Of a DNA stretch of 64,000 bases, positions 34,364-45,170 are shown piece by piece. Under the pieces are notes generated by a model. The model had not been told where the DNA came from, made no database searches, and worked only from the letters and a program-made list of their open reading frames with translations. The stretch is from an uncultured Microthrixaceae bacterium. Its GTDB lineage: Bacteria; Actinomycetota; Acidimicrobiia; Acidimicrobiales; DATDAH01. Location: positions 446,010 to 510,009 of the forward strand of contig CAVSIG010000005.1 of NCBI GenBank assembly GCA_963728005.1. The letters are read 5' to 3'. How positions within the stretch are numbered: position 1 is the stretch's first letter; the number at the start of each line of letters is the position of its first letter. The position numbers and the translations under genes are program-made.

Positions 34364-35049
34364 TCCTGGGCATCGACACCGCCACGGACCAGGTGGGCTC
34401 TGCCCTCGGTGGCCACGAGGGCGTCCTGGCCCAGCAGCACCTGCTCGCCCCCCGCCGCCACGCCGAGACGCTCGCCCCGCAGATCGAGGCGCTGTGCCGC
34501 ATGGCCGAGGTGCCCCTGGCCAAGGTGGGTGCCATCGCCGTCGACATCGGTCCCGGGCTGTTCACCGGCCTGCGGGTCGGGTTCACCACCGCCACCACGT
34601 TGGCCTCGGCCCTCGAGGTGCCGATGATCGGCATCACCAGCCTGGACCTGCTGGCCCACGCCGCCCGGCTCACCGACCGGTTGGTGGCCGCCGCCGTCGA
34701 CGCCCGGCGGGGCGAGGTGTTCACCGCCCTGTACCGGTCGGTTCCTGGCGGCGTGCAGCAGGTCAGCCCGCCCGCCGTGGTCCGGCCCGAGGACCTGGCC
34801 TCTGAGCTCCAAGCCCGCAACGAGGAGTGCGTGCTGGTGGGGGACGGGGCGGTGCGTCATCGGAGCGTCTTCGCCGAGGTGGACCACGCCCGGCTGGGCG
34901 GCCCGGAAATGGCCCACCCCTCCGCCGCCGTCCTCGTCGGCCTGGCGCACGCCCGGGCGCTGCGGGAGCAGTTCGTGTCGCCGCGTGAGCTGGCCCCGCT
35001 GTACCTGCGGGACCCGGACGTCCAGAAGGGCTGGGCGAAGCGCCCATGA
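34357..35049 (+). CDS. tsaB: tRNA t6A37 biosynthesis protein TsaB
   Basis: VLILGIDTATDQVGSAL...HAETLAPQIEALC...IAVDIGPGLFTGLRVG. The GTG overlaps the tsaE end. An alternative start lies at 34324. Confidence 0.85.
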   Translation: MLILGIDTATDQVGSALGGHEGVLAQQHLLAPRRHAETLAPQIEALCRMAEVPLAKVGAIAVDIGPGLFTGLRVGFTTATTLASALEVPMIGITSLDLLAHAARLTDRLVAAAVDARRGEVFTALYRSVPGGVQQVSPPAVVRPEDLASELQARNEECVLVGDGAVRHRSVFAEVDHARLGGPEMAHPSAAVLVGLAHARALREQFVSPRELAPLYLRDPDVQKGWAKRP

Positions 35050-35579
35050 GCCCCGTCGGGCCACTGCGCATCGAGCCGCTGCGACGGCGCCACGTCCCGG
35101 CCGTGGCCCGGCTGGAGAAGCTGGTGTCCACGAACCCGTGGTCGGCCGAGCTCTTCCGGGGGGAGCTGGCCCTGCCCGAAGCGACCCGCGCCTACCGGGT
35201 GGCCCGCATCGGCGGGCGGTTGGTGGGCTACGGCGGGCTCATGTTCGTCGTCGACGAGGCCCACGTGACCACGCTGAGCGTCCACCCCGACCGGCAGGGC
35301 GAGCGCATCGGCACCCGCCTGCTGGCCGTCCTGGTGCGCGAGGCGCTGCGCCGCGGTACGAAGGCCCTGACGCTGGAGGTGCGAGCCGGGAACGAGCCGG
35401 CCAAGGCGCTGTACCGGCGCTTCGGCTTCGCCCCGGCCGGCATCCGCAAGAACTACTACGCCGAGGTCGGAGAGGACGCGTTGATCATGTGGGCCCACGA
35501 CATCGACGGCGACGAGTACGGCGCCCGACTGGACGCCATCGAGGCCGACCTGCCCCCGGCGGAGGTGCGGGCCGCATGA
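35046..35579 (+). CDS. rimI: Ribosomal-protein-alanine N-acetyltransferase
   Basis: GNAT with HVTTLSVHPDRQGERIGTRLL. ATGA overlap with the tsaB stop. Position between tsaB and tsaD. Confidence 0.85.
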   Translation: MSPVGPLRIEPLRRRHVPAVARLEKLVSTNPWSAELFRGELALPEATRAYRVARIGGRLVGYGGLMFVVDEAHVTTLSVHPDRQGERIGTRLLAVLVREALRRGTKALTLEVRAGNEPAKALYRRFGFAPAGIRKNYYAEVGEDALIMWAHDIDGDEYGARLDAIEADLPPAEVRAA

Positions 35580-36571
35580 GCGACCTCGTCCTCGGCATCG
35601 AGACCTCGTGCGACGAGACGGCCGCCGCCGTCGTCGCCCACGGTCGCGAGGTCCGGTCCTCGGTCGTGTCCAGCCAGATCGACCTCCACGCCGAGTTCGG
35701 TGGGGTGGTGCCCGAGATCGCCAGCCGGTCCCACGTCGAGCTGCTCACCCCGGTGGTGGCCGACGCGCTGGTCGAGGCCGGGGTCGAGGGGTCGGACGTC
35801 GCCGCCGTGGCGGCCACGGTCGGCCCGGGTCTGGTGGGCGCCCTGCTCGTCGGCGTCAGCGCTGCCAAGGCCCTGTCCCTCGCGTGGGAGGTCCCCTTCG
35901 TCGGGGTGAACCATCTGGAGGCCCACCTCTACGCCGCCCTGCTCGAAGAACCCGAGCTGGAGCTGCCGCTGGTGTTCCTCCTGGTCTCGGGCGGTCACAC
36001 CCTGCTGGTGTCCATGGAGGACCACGGGAGGTACCGCACCCTCGGCTCCACGCTCGACGACGCCGCCGGCGAGGCCTTCGACAAGGTGGCCCGCTACCTG
36101 GGCCTGGGCTACCCCGGCGGTCCGATCATCGACAAGCTGGCGCAGCGCGGCGACCCCGAGGCCATCGCCTTCCCGCGGGCCATGCCGGGCGACAACCTGG
36201 ACTTCTCCTTCAGCGGGCTGAAGACGGCGGTGGTGAACCACGTCCGCCAGCACCCCGACGTCGCCGCCGAGGACGTCGCCGCCTCCTTCCAGGAGGCCGT
36301 GGTGGACGTGCTGGTGGCGAAGGTCCGGCGGGCCGCCGACGAGGTCGGGGCGAAGGGCATGGCCCTCGGCGGTGGCGTGGCCGCCAACTCCCGCCTCCGA
36401 GAGGCGTTCCTGGCGGCGGCGGACGAGGACGGCCGGCCCGGTTACGTCCCCAGCCGCGCGATGTGCACCGACAACGCCGCCATGGTGGCCAGCTGCGGGT
36501 GGTTCCGCTGGCAGTCCGTGGGGGCGTCGCCGCTGGACCTCGGCGCCGACCCCGGACTTCGGCTGAGCTGA
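35576..36571 (+). CDS. tsaD: tRNA N6-adenosine threonylcarbamoyltransferase
   Basis: MSDLVLGIETSCDETAAAVV...GVVPEIASRSHVE...VNHLEAHL...SGGHT...GGVAANSRLR. ATGA overlap with rimI. Confidence 0.92.
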   Translation: MSDLVLGIETSCDETAAAVVAHGREVRSSVVSSQIDLHAEFGGVVPEIASRSHVELLTPVVADALVEAGVEGSDVAAVAATVGPGLVGALLVGVSAAKALSLAWEVPFVGVNHLEAHLYAALLEEPELELPLVFLLVSGGHTLLVSMEDHGRYRTLGSTLDDAAGEAFDKVARYLGLGYPGGPIIDKLAQRGDPEAIAFPRAMPGDNLDFSFSGLKTAVVNHVRQHPDVAAEDVAASFQEAVVDVLVAKVRRAADEVGAKGMALGGGVAANSRLREAFLAAADEDGRPGYVPSRAMCTDNAAMVASCGWFRWQSVGASPLDLGADPGLRLS

Positions 36572-36586
36572 CCGTAGGGTTCCGCC

Positions 36587-37534
36587 ATGGGCGAGACGGC
36601 CTCGTCGGCAGCACCACGCGTCACGGTGGTCGTGACCTGCTTCCGCCAGGGGCCGTACGTCACCGCCGCCCTGGACAGCGTCGCGTCCCAGACGTTCGAC
36701 GACTGGGAGCTGATCATCACCGACGACGCCTCCGACGACGACTCGGCGGCGGTGATCCGGGACTGGGCCGACCGCAGCGACCGGCCCGTGAGCCTCGTCC
36801 TCCACCAGGAGAACGTGGGCCTGACCCGCACCCTGAACGAGGCCCTGCCGCAGTGCCGCGGCGAGTACCTCGCCTACCTCGGGGGCGACGACGTCTGGGC
36901 GCCGGAGAAGCTGAAGCGGTCGGTGGCCGCCCTCGACGTCGAAGCCGGGGCCGCAGTGGCGTACAGCGACGCCCGCCTGATCGACGCCGACGGCGAGGTG
37001 CTCGAGATCTCGTTCCTCGAGTCGGAGGATCACCTCCCTCCACCCGACGGCGACGCCTTCGACCGGTTCCTCCACCGGAACCCGGTCATCGCCTCCAGCG
37101 CGGTGTTCCGGCGCGAGGCGATCCAGGCGGTCGGGGGGTGGGACCCGGACCTGCCGTTCGAGGACTGGGACCTCCTGCTGCGCCTGGCCGACCGGTGGCC
37201 GGTCGTGCACACGCCCGGCGCGCTCGTCGACTACCGGGTGCACGATGCCTCGCTCATCCGCAGCCGCTTCTCGCTGATGCTCGAGGGGCGCCTGACCGTG
37301 CTGGAGAAGTGGGTGGGCCGGGACCCGACCCAGGACGAGGTGATCCTCCCGTACCTCCGGGACCAGTCGTGGCGGCTGTACAAGGTCCACCCCCACCTGG
37401 GGCGGGACCACGTCGCCGTCGCCTACCGGGGCGACCGGAGCCCGCGGGGACGGGCTCGGCACCTGGTCGCGACCTCGTCCGCCGCGGAGTCGGTGTTCGA
37501 GCTCCTCCGACGGGTGCGCCGCCGCTTCCGCTAG
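36587..37534 (+). CDS. Glycosyltransferase family 2
   Basis: VTVVVTCFRQGPYVTAALDSVASQTFDDWELIITDDASDDDS...YLGGDDVW (GT-A DxD). Confidence 0.8.
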   Translation: MGETASSAAPRVTVVVTCFRQGPYVTAALDSVASQTFDDWELIITDDASDDDSAAVIRDWADRSDRPVSLVLHQENVGLTRTLNEALPQCRGEYLAYLGGDDVWAPEKLKRSVAALDVEAGAAVAYSDARLIDADGEVLEISFLESEDHLPPPDGDAFDRFLHRNPVIASSAVFRREAIQAVGGWDPDLPFEDWDLLLRLADRWPVVHTPGALVDYRVHDASLIRSRFSLMLEGRLTVLEKWVGRDPTQDEVILPYLRDQSWRLYKVHPHLGRDHVAVAYRGDRSPRGRARHLVATSSAAESVFELLRRVRRRFR

Positions 37535-37956
37535 GCCGCCGGCGGCTGCGGCTGCGGCTGCGGTGGCCCCGGCTGCTGGGTCGCCAGCCAGGCCTTGCGT
37601 CGCTCCTCGTAGATCTTCCGGTCGATCCAGGTGACCAGGGCGTGGAAGGCCATCGCCAGCATCCCGTAGACGATGATGGCGAACAGCACGGCGAAGTCGA
37701 TCACCGACTCGCCGTTCACGGTGTGGGTCGGGAAGATGCCCCGGAACGGCTCGAGGACCCGGTCGCCACTGCGGTACACCCACTCGGTGAACGAGGCGTC
37801 GGTGCTGGCGCCGAAGAGGAGCAGGAAGAACTCCAGCACCAGGATCACGACGGCCAGGACGAAGTAGGCGTAGATCAGCCAGACCAGGACCTTGGCGAAC
37901 TTCAGCCCCTTGGCGGTGCTGGGCTCCGGGCTGGGCGGGGGGGCGGTGGCGGACAC
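37531..37956 (-). CDS. Small 2-3-TM membrane protein with a Pro/Gln-rich tail (hypothetical)
   Basis: 141 aa with hydrophobic helices and a C-terminal QQPGPPQPQPQPPAA encoded by a (CTGCGG)n-type repeat. Confidence 0.5.
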   Translation of the reverse strand: MSATAPPPSPEPSTAKGLKFAKVLVWLIYAYFVLAVVILVLEFFLLLFGASTDASFTEWVYRSGDRVLEPFRGIFPTHTVNGESVIDFAVLFAIIVYGMLAMAFHALVTWIDRKIYEERRKAWLATQQPGPPQPQPQPPAA

Positions 37957-37978
37957 GCAATGACCCTATGGCCCGGGG

Positions 37979-38008
37979 TTGCGGCCTGCCGGAGGCCGCA
38001 CGTATCGT
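37979..38008 (+). promoter_or_regulatory. Putative groESL promoter
   Basis: TTGCGG (37979-37984), 18-nt spacer, TATCGT (38003-38008), abutting or overlapping the CIRCE operator. Confidence 0.35.
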
Positions 38009-38034
38009 TAGCACTCGCCCTGAGAGAGTGCTAA
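38008..38034 (+). promoter_or_regulatory. CIRCE operator (HrcA binding site)
   Basis: Perfect consensus TTAGCACTC-N9-GAGTGCTAA, 40 nt upstream of the groES ATG. Confidence 0.95.
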
Positions 38035-38073
38035 CGGCGCCACCGCGGTGCCAGGAAGAGACTGAGGAGAGCC

Positions 38074-40020
<1,947 letters not shown>

Positions 40021-40043
40021 CTCCCGTTCCTGCACGGAACTGC

Positions 40044-40073
40044 ACACGGCCGGGCCCCAGGGCCCGGCCGTGT
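40044..40073 (+). terminator. GC-rich hairpin downstream of groEL (factor-independent terminator candidate, no U-tract)
   Basis: ACACGGCCGGGCC (40044-40056), CCAG loop, GGCCCGGCCGTGT (40061-40073). 13-bp perfect stem, 24 nt after the stop. Confidence 0.55.
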
Positions 40074-40112
40074 CGCGTCCGCCGACCCGACCGTCTGGGA
40101 TGCTGCTGGGGC

Positions 40113-41336
40113 ATGGAGGCGTGGGACCTGGTGGTGCTGGGGGGCGCCGTCCTCGCCTACAGCGCGGTGTCCGGGAGGCTGCGCCACTCGGTCATCACCG
40201 CCGCCCTGTTCTTCACCACCGTCGGTCTGGTGGCGGGGGAGGTCTTCGACCGCTTCGGGGCCGCTGGTAGCCGGGAGGGGTTGACCGCACTGGCGACGGC
40301 CGCCCTCACCCTGGTGCTGTTCGACGACAGCGAGCGGGTCGACCTCGCCCGCCTGCGCCGCGACCGCTCGGGCGCGGTCCGCCTGCTCGGTGTGGCGCTC
40401 CCGTTGGCGGTCGGGTTCGGCGCCGTGGCGGCGCTGGTCGTCTTCGACGGGGTCGGGCTCTGGCCGGCGGCGGTCCTGGCCGCCGTCCTCGCCCCGACGG
40501 ACTCCGCCCTGTGCGGACCAGCGGTCACCGAGCCGGCCGTCCCCGCTCGCATCCGCCACTGGCTCACCATCGAGTCGGGGATGAACGACGGCCTCTGCGT
40601 GCCCCTCGTGGCCATCTTCCTGGCCCTCGCCGAGGCCGAGGAGGCGGTGAACGGCCGCTCGGCGGTCACCGTGATCGCCCAGGAGGTCGGCTGGGGCGTC
40701 GTCGGCGGGTTGGCGGCGGGCGTGGTGGGGGCGGCGGTGTTCCGGGTGGCCGGGCGCCGGGGCTGGATGGAGGAGACCGGCCGCCAGATCGCCCTCCTCG
40801 CCGTCCCGGTGATCGCCTTCGGGGTGGCCGCCGCCCTCCACGGCAGCGGGTTCCTGGCGGCGTTCGTCGCCGGGGCGACCGTCCGGGCCCTGGCCGCCGA
40901 CCGCCTCCCCGTTCCGCACCTCGTCGAGGGCCTCGGCACGGCGCTGACCGGCGCCACCTTCGTCGTGTTCGGGGCGATCGCTCTCGGCCCGGCCCTGCGC
41001 GACCTCGACGGTCGCATCGTGCTCTACGCCGTCATCAGCCTCACGCTGGTGCGAGGCGGCGCCGTCGCCCTGGCCTACCTCGGGTCGGGCGTGCAGGCCC
41101 GGACGGTGGCGTACCTCGGCTGGTTCGGGCCCCGCGGGCTGGTGTCGATCGTGCTCGCCCTCGCCGTGATCGAGGACTCGGCCCTTCGGGAGACGAACGT
41201 CATCGTGGCCACGGTGGCCGTGACCGTGGGGCTGTCCGTCCTGGTCCACGGTGTCACCGCGCTACCCGGGGCCCGGGCGTACGCGGCCTGGTACACGACG
41301 CACCCGGATCGTCACGAGCTGGAGGAGCACCGTTAG
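40113..41336 (+). CDS. Cation:proton antiporter (CPA1, Na+/H+ exchanger family)
   Basis: 407 aa, polytopic. LAPTDSALCGPAV, ESGMNDGLCVPL, GWFGPRGLVSIVLA. Confidence 0.8.
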   Translation: MEAWDLVVLGGAVLAYSAVSGRLRHSVITAALFFTTVGLVAGEVFDRFGAAGSREGLTALATAALTLVLFDDSERVDLARLRRDRSGAVRLLGVALPLAVGFGAVAALVVFDGVGLWPAAVLAAVLAPTDSALCGPAVTEPAVPARIRHWLTIESGMNDGLCVPLVAIFLALAEAEEAVNGRSAVTVIAQEVGWGVVGGLAAGVVGAAVFRVAGRRGWMEETGRQIALLAVPVIAFGVAAALHGSGFLAAFVAGATVRALAADRLPVPHLVEGLGTALTGATFVVFGAIALGPALRDLDGRIVLYAVISLTLVRGGAVALAYLGSGVQARTVAYLGWFGPRGLVSIVLALAVIEDSALRETNVIVATVAVTVGLSVLVHGVTALPGARAYAAWYTTHPDRHELEEHR

Positions 41337-41347
41337 CCTCCGCGCCC

Positions 41348-41500
41348 ATGGATCGTCCGCCTCCCGACCCCCAGAAGCTCCTCGACCACTGGATGGAGTG
41401 GGAGCGCGGCGAGACGACGCCGGGGACGGTCATGAAGAACCTGAAGGTCGGCGGCCTGCGCGAGCTCCTCGAGCAGCTCGCCGGGGGTACGCCCTCCTGA
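41348..41500 (+). CDS. Small hypothetical protein (50 aa)
   Basis: MDRPPPDPQKLLDHWMEWERGETTPGTVMKNLKVGGLRELLEQLAGGTPS. Coding-like third-position G+C. No family recognised. Confidence 0.4.
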   Translation: MDRPPPDPQKLLDHWMEWERGETTPGTVMKNLKVGGLRELLEQLAGGTPS

Positions 41501-41541
41501 GCCCTCGTGGGGGTGACCAGGTCATCCCCCGACCGGACGCC

Positions 41542-42189
41542 ATGACCCCGGGGGGCCCGCCCCCGTGGGACCACCTGGGCGCCGATCAGCGGATCGTCGA
41601 CCTCGCCCGACTGCCGGAACGCCTGACCGCGATGGGCGAGCCCATCGTCATCGACGGCCCGGTCCCGGTGGCCTCGCCGCGCCAGTCCGCCGTCCTGGCC
41701 GTCCTCTACGAGGGCGACGCGGGGCCCACGGTCATCCTCACCCGCCGGTCCGCCCACCTGCGCAACCACCGCGGCGAGGTCAGCTTCCCGGGCGGCCGTC
41801 AGGAGGACGGGGACCCGGATCTGGTGACCACCGCCCTGCGGGAGACCCAGGAGGAGATCGGCCTCGAGCCGGCGACGGTCGAGGTGATCGGGCGGCTGGA
41901 CCGGCTGAGCACCTTCACCAGTCGGTCCGAGGTCCACCCCTACGTGGGGGTGCTGCCGGGCCCGCCGGGGCGCCTGGTGGCCCAGCCGTCGGAGGTCGAG
42001 CGCATCCTCCACGTGCCATTCGCCGAGCTGCTCCACCCCGACGCCTTCCACGAGGAGCGCTGGACGTTCCCGAACGGCGTCGACCGCCCACTCTTCTTCT
42101 ACGAGATCGAGGGGGACACGATCTGGGGGGCGACCGGGCGGATGCTCACCCAGCTCCTCAGCATCGGCCTGGGCCTCCCGCCGCGGTAG
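41542..42189 (+). CDS. NUDIX hydrolase (CoA pyrophosphatase-like)
   Basis: Nudix box GEVSFPGGRQEDGDPDLVTTALRETQEEIGL. Preceded by a RRSAHLRNHRG motif typical of CoA pyrophosphatases. The ATG at 41542 is an inference. Confidence 0.78.
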   Translation: MTPGGPPPWDHLGADQRIVDLARLPERLTAMGEPIVIDGPVPVASPRQSAVLAVLYEGDAGPTVILTRRSAHLRNHRGEVSFPGGRQEDGDPDLVTTALRETQEEIGLEPATVEVIGRLDRLSTFTSRSEVHPYVGVLPGPPGRLVAQPSEVERILHVPFAELLHPDAFHEERWTFPNGVDRPLFFYEIEGDTIWGATGRMLTQLLSIGLGLPPR

Positions 42190-42924
42190 CTACTCGAGCT
42201 GGGCCAGGTAGAACGCCAGCCCGAAGCCGAGGGTGGTCAGCAGGCCGACGGACTTGCCGCCGTTCTCGAAGGCCTCGGGCATCATCGTGTCCGCCAGCAT
42301 CGTGAGGACGGCACCGCCGGCGAACGCCGTGACGAAGGCGAGAGCGGAGGGCGACGCTCCGTCGAACAGGGCGTAACCGGCGAACGCGGAGAAGCCGCTG
42401 ACCAGGGCGACGATGACCCAGAGGGTCAGGACCCGCCGGGCCGAGGTCCCGCCTCGGCGAAGGCCGACCGTCGCCGCGACGGCTTCGGGGAGGTTGGAGA
42501 GGAACACGGCGGCGAGCATCGCCAGCCCGACGCCCTCACCGGCGAGCAACCCGACCCCGATCACGATCGACTCCGGCACCCCGTCCAGCACGATCCCGAG
42601 GACGAGGGCCAGCGCCGAGCCGCCCTCGTCGACGGGCTCGCGGTTGGAGCGCTTGCGGTCACCCGCCCCGCGCCGGTCCAACCAGACGTCCCCTGCGTAG
42701 AACGACAGCGCGCCCGCCGCAAGGCCCAGCGCCACGCCGTCCCCGTCCGAGGTCTCGAAGGCATCGAGCACGAGCTCGTAGGCGACGGCGCTGATCAGGA
42801 CCCCGGCCCCGAACGCCATCACCAGCCCGAGGACCCGGGTCGACACGTTCCAATGGAGGGCGATCAGCCCGCCGATGACCAGTGAGGACGCGGCGAGGGT
42901 GCCCCAAGCGAACGCCTCGAGCAT
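42190..42924 (-). CDS. ZIP family metal (Zn/Fe) transporter
   Basis: 244 aa. LGIVLDGVPESIVIGVGL and FLSNLPEAVAATVGL (ZupT-like motifs). Confidence 0.8.
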   Translation of the reverse strand: MLEAFAWGTLAASSLVIGGLIALHWNVSTRVLGLVMAFGAGVLISAVAYELVLDAFETSDGDGVALGLAAGALSFYAGDVWLDRRGAGDRKRSNREPVDEGGSALALVLGIVLDGVPESIVIGVGLLAGEGVGLAMLAAVFLSNLPEAVAATVGLRRGGTSARRVLTLWVIVALVSGFSAFAGYALFDGASPSALAFVTAFAGGAVLTMLADTMMPEAFENGGKSVGLLTTLGFGLAFYLAQLE

Positions 42925-42942
42925 GAGCGCCCTTCCTGGGTG

Positions 42943-44280
42943 CTACGGCGACGCGGCAGGGAGCTCGTCGCTGGGTTCCGCCCGCCGGGCCAGGGCGGCG
43001 ATCGCGAGCTCGAAGGCTCCCACGATGAGCACCACGGCCAGGAACCGGCCCCACGACAGGTCGATCCACCACAGAAGGGCGACACCGACGGCCAGGCCGC
43101 CGATGCGCAGGGCATCGAGGTGCTCGGCCGCCCAGCTCGCCGTGCCCTCGTCCTGGGCCTTGGCCGACACCAGGGTCGTGACGTCGCGCACGGTGCCCGT
43201 CGTCCACGAGCGAAAGGACGTGGCCCAGCGGTAGGGGCCGGTGACCCACGCCACGAAGACGACCAGCAGTGCTAGGAGCCCGACCCACAGGGCACCGTCC
43301 AGGAGCGGGTCGAGGAAGGCATCGCTGGTGGCCGCCACGGCCGGCCGGTTGGTCTCGATGCGCACGAGCTCGAGGAGCTCCTCCTCGAACAGAAGGACCA
43401 GCCGTCGCAGGAGGACCATGGTGACCGCCACCCCCAACGAGAGCTGGAGAACCGTCCGTCGCCGGCGGGCCGACAGGGCGATGGTGCCGGCCATGACCAG
43501 CGGCGTGAGCACGACGAGGACCCAGACGAACTTGTCGGCCAGGCGCACCACCTCCTGCGCTGCGCTGAGGGCGCCGTCGTCGTAGACCGTGAACGTGCCG
43601 AAGTCGTCGTCGAGGTCGATGCCGAGGGCCTCGCTGATGCGCTCGCGGGCCTCCTCCGGGACGTCGTCGACGCTGACCGTGGGCAGGTCGACCGTGCGCC
43701 CGAAGATCTCCGGATCCTGCTCACCGATGGTGGCCAGGATCCCGTTGATCACCGGGAGGAGGTTGATGACGATGTGGTCGTCCTCCGCCTGGACGACCTC
43801 GCTGTCGCCCTCCAGGAGGGCGATGGCGCGCTCATGAGCCCCTCGGACCGCGGCCTTCCACAATTCGGCGAACCGCTCGGAGGCCACGAAGGTGTTGACC
43901 TGATCGGCGACGAAGGACTCGACGGCGTTCGACAGCGGAACGGCAAGGACCTGGGCCCGGTCGGGCAGTGCGTCCTCCAAGAGGCTCTCGGCGTCGATGA
44001 GCCGGTTGACCTGCTCGGACAGGTACAGCGCGAGCGCCGTCTGGACCGCGGGATCGTCGATCAGATCGCCGGCGCGTTCGGCGAAGATGTCGGTGCGCAG
44101 GAAGCTTCGCCGGGCCCACACGCCGAGGACGGTGGCCAGCAAGAGCAAGCAGGACAGGAGCACCCCGATGACGGACAGCACGCCCCGGGTGCGGCGCAGC
44201 TTCCGTTGGTGGAGGGCGTCGAGCTCGTGCTGGAGCTCGTCGCGCTCCGCCCGCAGGGCCTCGACGTCGTCGTCGGTCAC
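42943..44280 (-). CDS. Hypothetical integral membrane protein (N-terminal coiled coil, large loop, C-terminal TM bundle)
   Basis: 445-aa ORF with coding-like composition and multiple hydrophobic helices. No catalytic motif recognised. Confidence 0.5.
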   Translation of the reverse strand: MTDDDVEALRAERDELQHELDALHQRKLRRTRGVLSVIGVLLSCLLLLATVLGVWARRSFLRTDIFAERAGDLIDDPAVQTALALYLSEQVNRLIDAESLLEDALPDRAQVLAVPLSNAVESFVADQVNTFVASERFAELWKAAVRGAHERAIALLEGDSEVVQAEDDHIVINLLPVINGILATIGEQDPEIFGRTVDLPTVSVDDVPEEARERISEALGIDLDDDFGTFTVYDDGALSAAQEVVRLADKFVWVLVVLTPLVMAGTIALSARRRRTVLQLSLGVAVTMVLLRRLVLLFEEELLELVRIETNRPAVAATSDAFLDPLLDGALWVGLLALLVVFVAWVTGPYRWATSFRSWTTGTVRDVTTLVSAKAQDEGTASWAAEHLDALRIGGLAVGVALLWWIDLSWGRFLAVVLIVGAFELAIAALARRAEPSDELPAASP

Positions 44281-44308
44281 CGATGTCTCCGCTCGTGCGG
44301 GGTGAGGC

Positions 44309-44340
44309 GGCGGGCAGGGGCCGGGAGACCCCCGCCCGCC
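44309..44340 (-). terminator. GC-rich hairpin between same-strand genes (terminator candidate)
   Basis: GGCGGGCAGGGG (44309-44320), 8-nt loop, CCCCCGCCCGCC (44329-44340). 12 bp with 1 mismatch, 16 nt downstream of the 44356 gene stop on the minus strand. Confidence 0.4.
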
Positions 44341-44355
44341 GAGTTCACCGTGTGA

Positions 44356-44751
44356 TCAGGACAGCGCCTTGGCCTTGAGGGCCTCGTACTCGTCCTGGCT
44401 GATGGCGCCGTCGTCCAGCAGCTTCTTGGCATGGGAGATCTCCCCGGCCGGCCCGGCGCTGGCCGCGGTCTCCTTGACGTACGCGTCGAAGTCGGCCTGA
44501 GCCGCGGAGGCCCGAGCCGCCGAGCGGGCGGCCATGCCCCCACCGCGGGCGATCAGGTAGATCAGGATCCCGAGGTACGGGATGCAGATCACCAGGAGCG
44601 TCCACCCGGCCTTGGCCCAGCCGGACGTCTCGTGGTCACTGAACAGGTCGCCGAAGATCGCGAAGAGCAGCCAGAGCCAGATGACCCACATGAAGACGAT
44701 GAAGATCGTCCAGATCACCTCGCCCAAGGCGTAGTCGGCAGCGAGCAGCAT
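44356..44751 (-). CDS. Small membrane protein with PLDc_N-like N-terminal TM hairpin and a C-terminal SHOCT domain
   Basis: WTIFIVFMWVIWLWLLFAIFGDLF...LVICIPYLGILIYLIARG, then EISHAKKLLDDGAISQDEYEALKAKAL (SHOCT pattern). Confidence 0.65.
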   Translation of the reverse strand: MLLAADYALGEVIWTIFIVFMWVIWLWLLFAIFGDLFSDHETSGWAKAGWTLLVICIPYLGILIYLIARGGGMAARSAARASAAQADFDAYVKETAASAGPAGEISHAKKLLDDGAISQDEYEALKAKALS

Positions 44752-44895
44752 GTTGTTCCCTTCGTCGGGGACCGGCCCTCCGGCCCCACCTGTCCGGGAT
44801 CGTAAGCCCCGGCTGAGGGATCTGCCCTCGCCCAGAAGGGGTGATCATTCCCCGCGGGTGATGCGGCCGGGTCCGGGCGGGCGCAGGATCGCGCG

Positions 44896-45117
44896 ATGGC
44901 GCAGGACTGCTCGGAGTACGAGCTTGTCCTCCGCGGCCGTCTCGGCCCGCGCCTGATCACCGCGCTCGAGGGCTTCGAGGTGGTCGACGTCGTCCCCGAG
45001 GGGACCCGGCTGCGGGGCTGGTTGCCCGACCAGGCGGCCCTGCACGCCCGCCTCGCCGTGGTCGCCGATCTGGGCATGGAACTAGTCTCGGTGCGGCGCA
45101 TCGAACGGGAGAACTGA
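44896..45117 (+). CDS. Small hypothetical protein (73 aa) upstream of the LAL regulator
   Basis: MAQDCSEYELVLRGRLGPRLITALEGFEVVDVVPEGTRLRGWLPDQAALHARLAVVADLGMELVSVRRIE. Coding-like GC3. Confidence 0.45.
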   Translation: MAQDCSEYELVLRGRLGPRLITALEGFEVVDVVPEGTRLRGWLPDQAALHARLAVVADLGMELVSVRRIEREN

Positions 45118-45170
45118 CCCCCGGGGGAGGCGCCAGGGCCCGACCGGGTCCGGGAACGGGACGGGACGGC

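Noticed and set aside
37540-37566. The (CTGCGG)n hexanucleotide repeat could be a contingency locus.
   Set aside because: There are only ~3 units, in frame, encoding a PQ-rich C-terminal tail of a small membrane protein. There is no evidence for phase variation.
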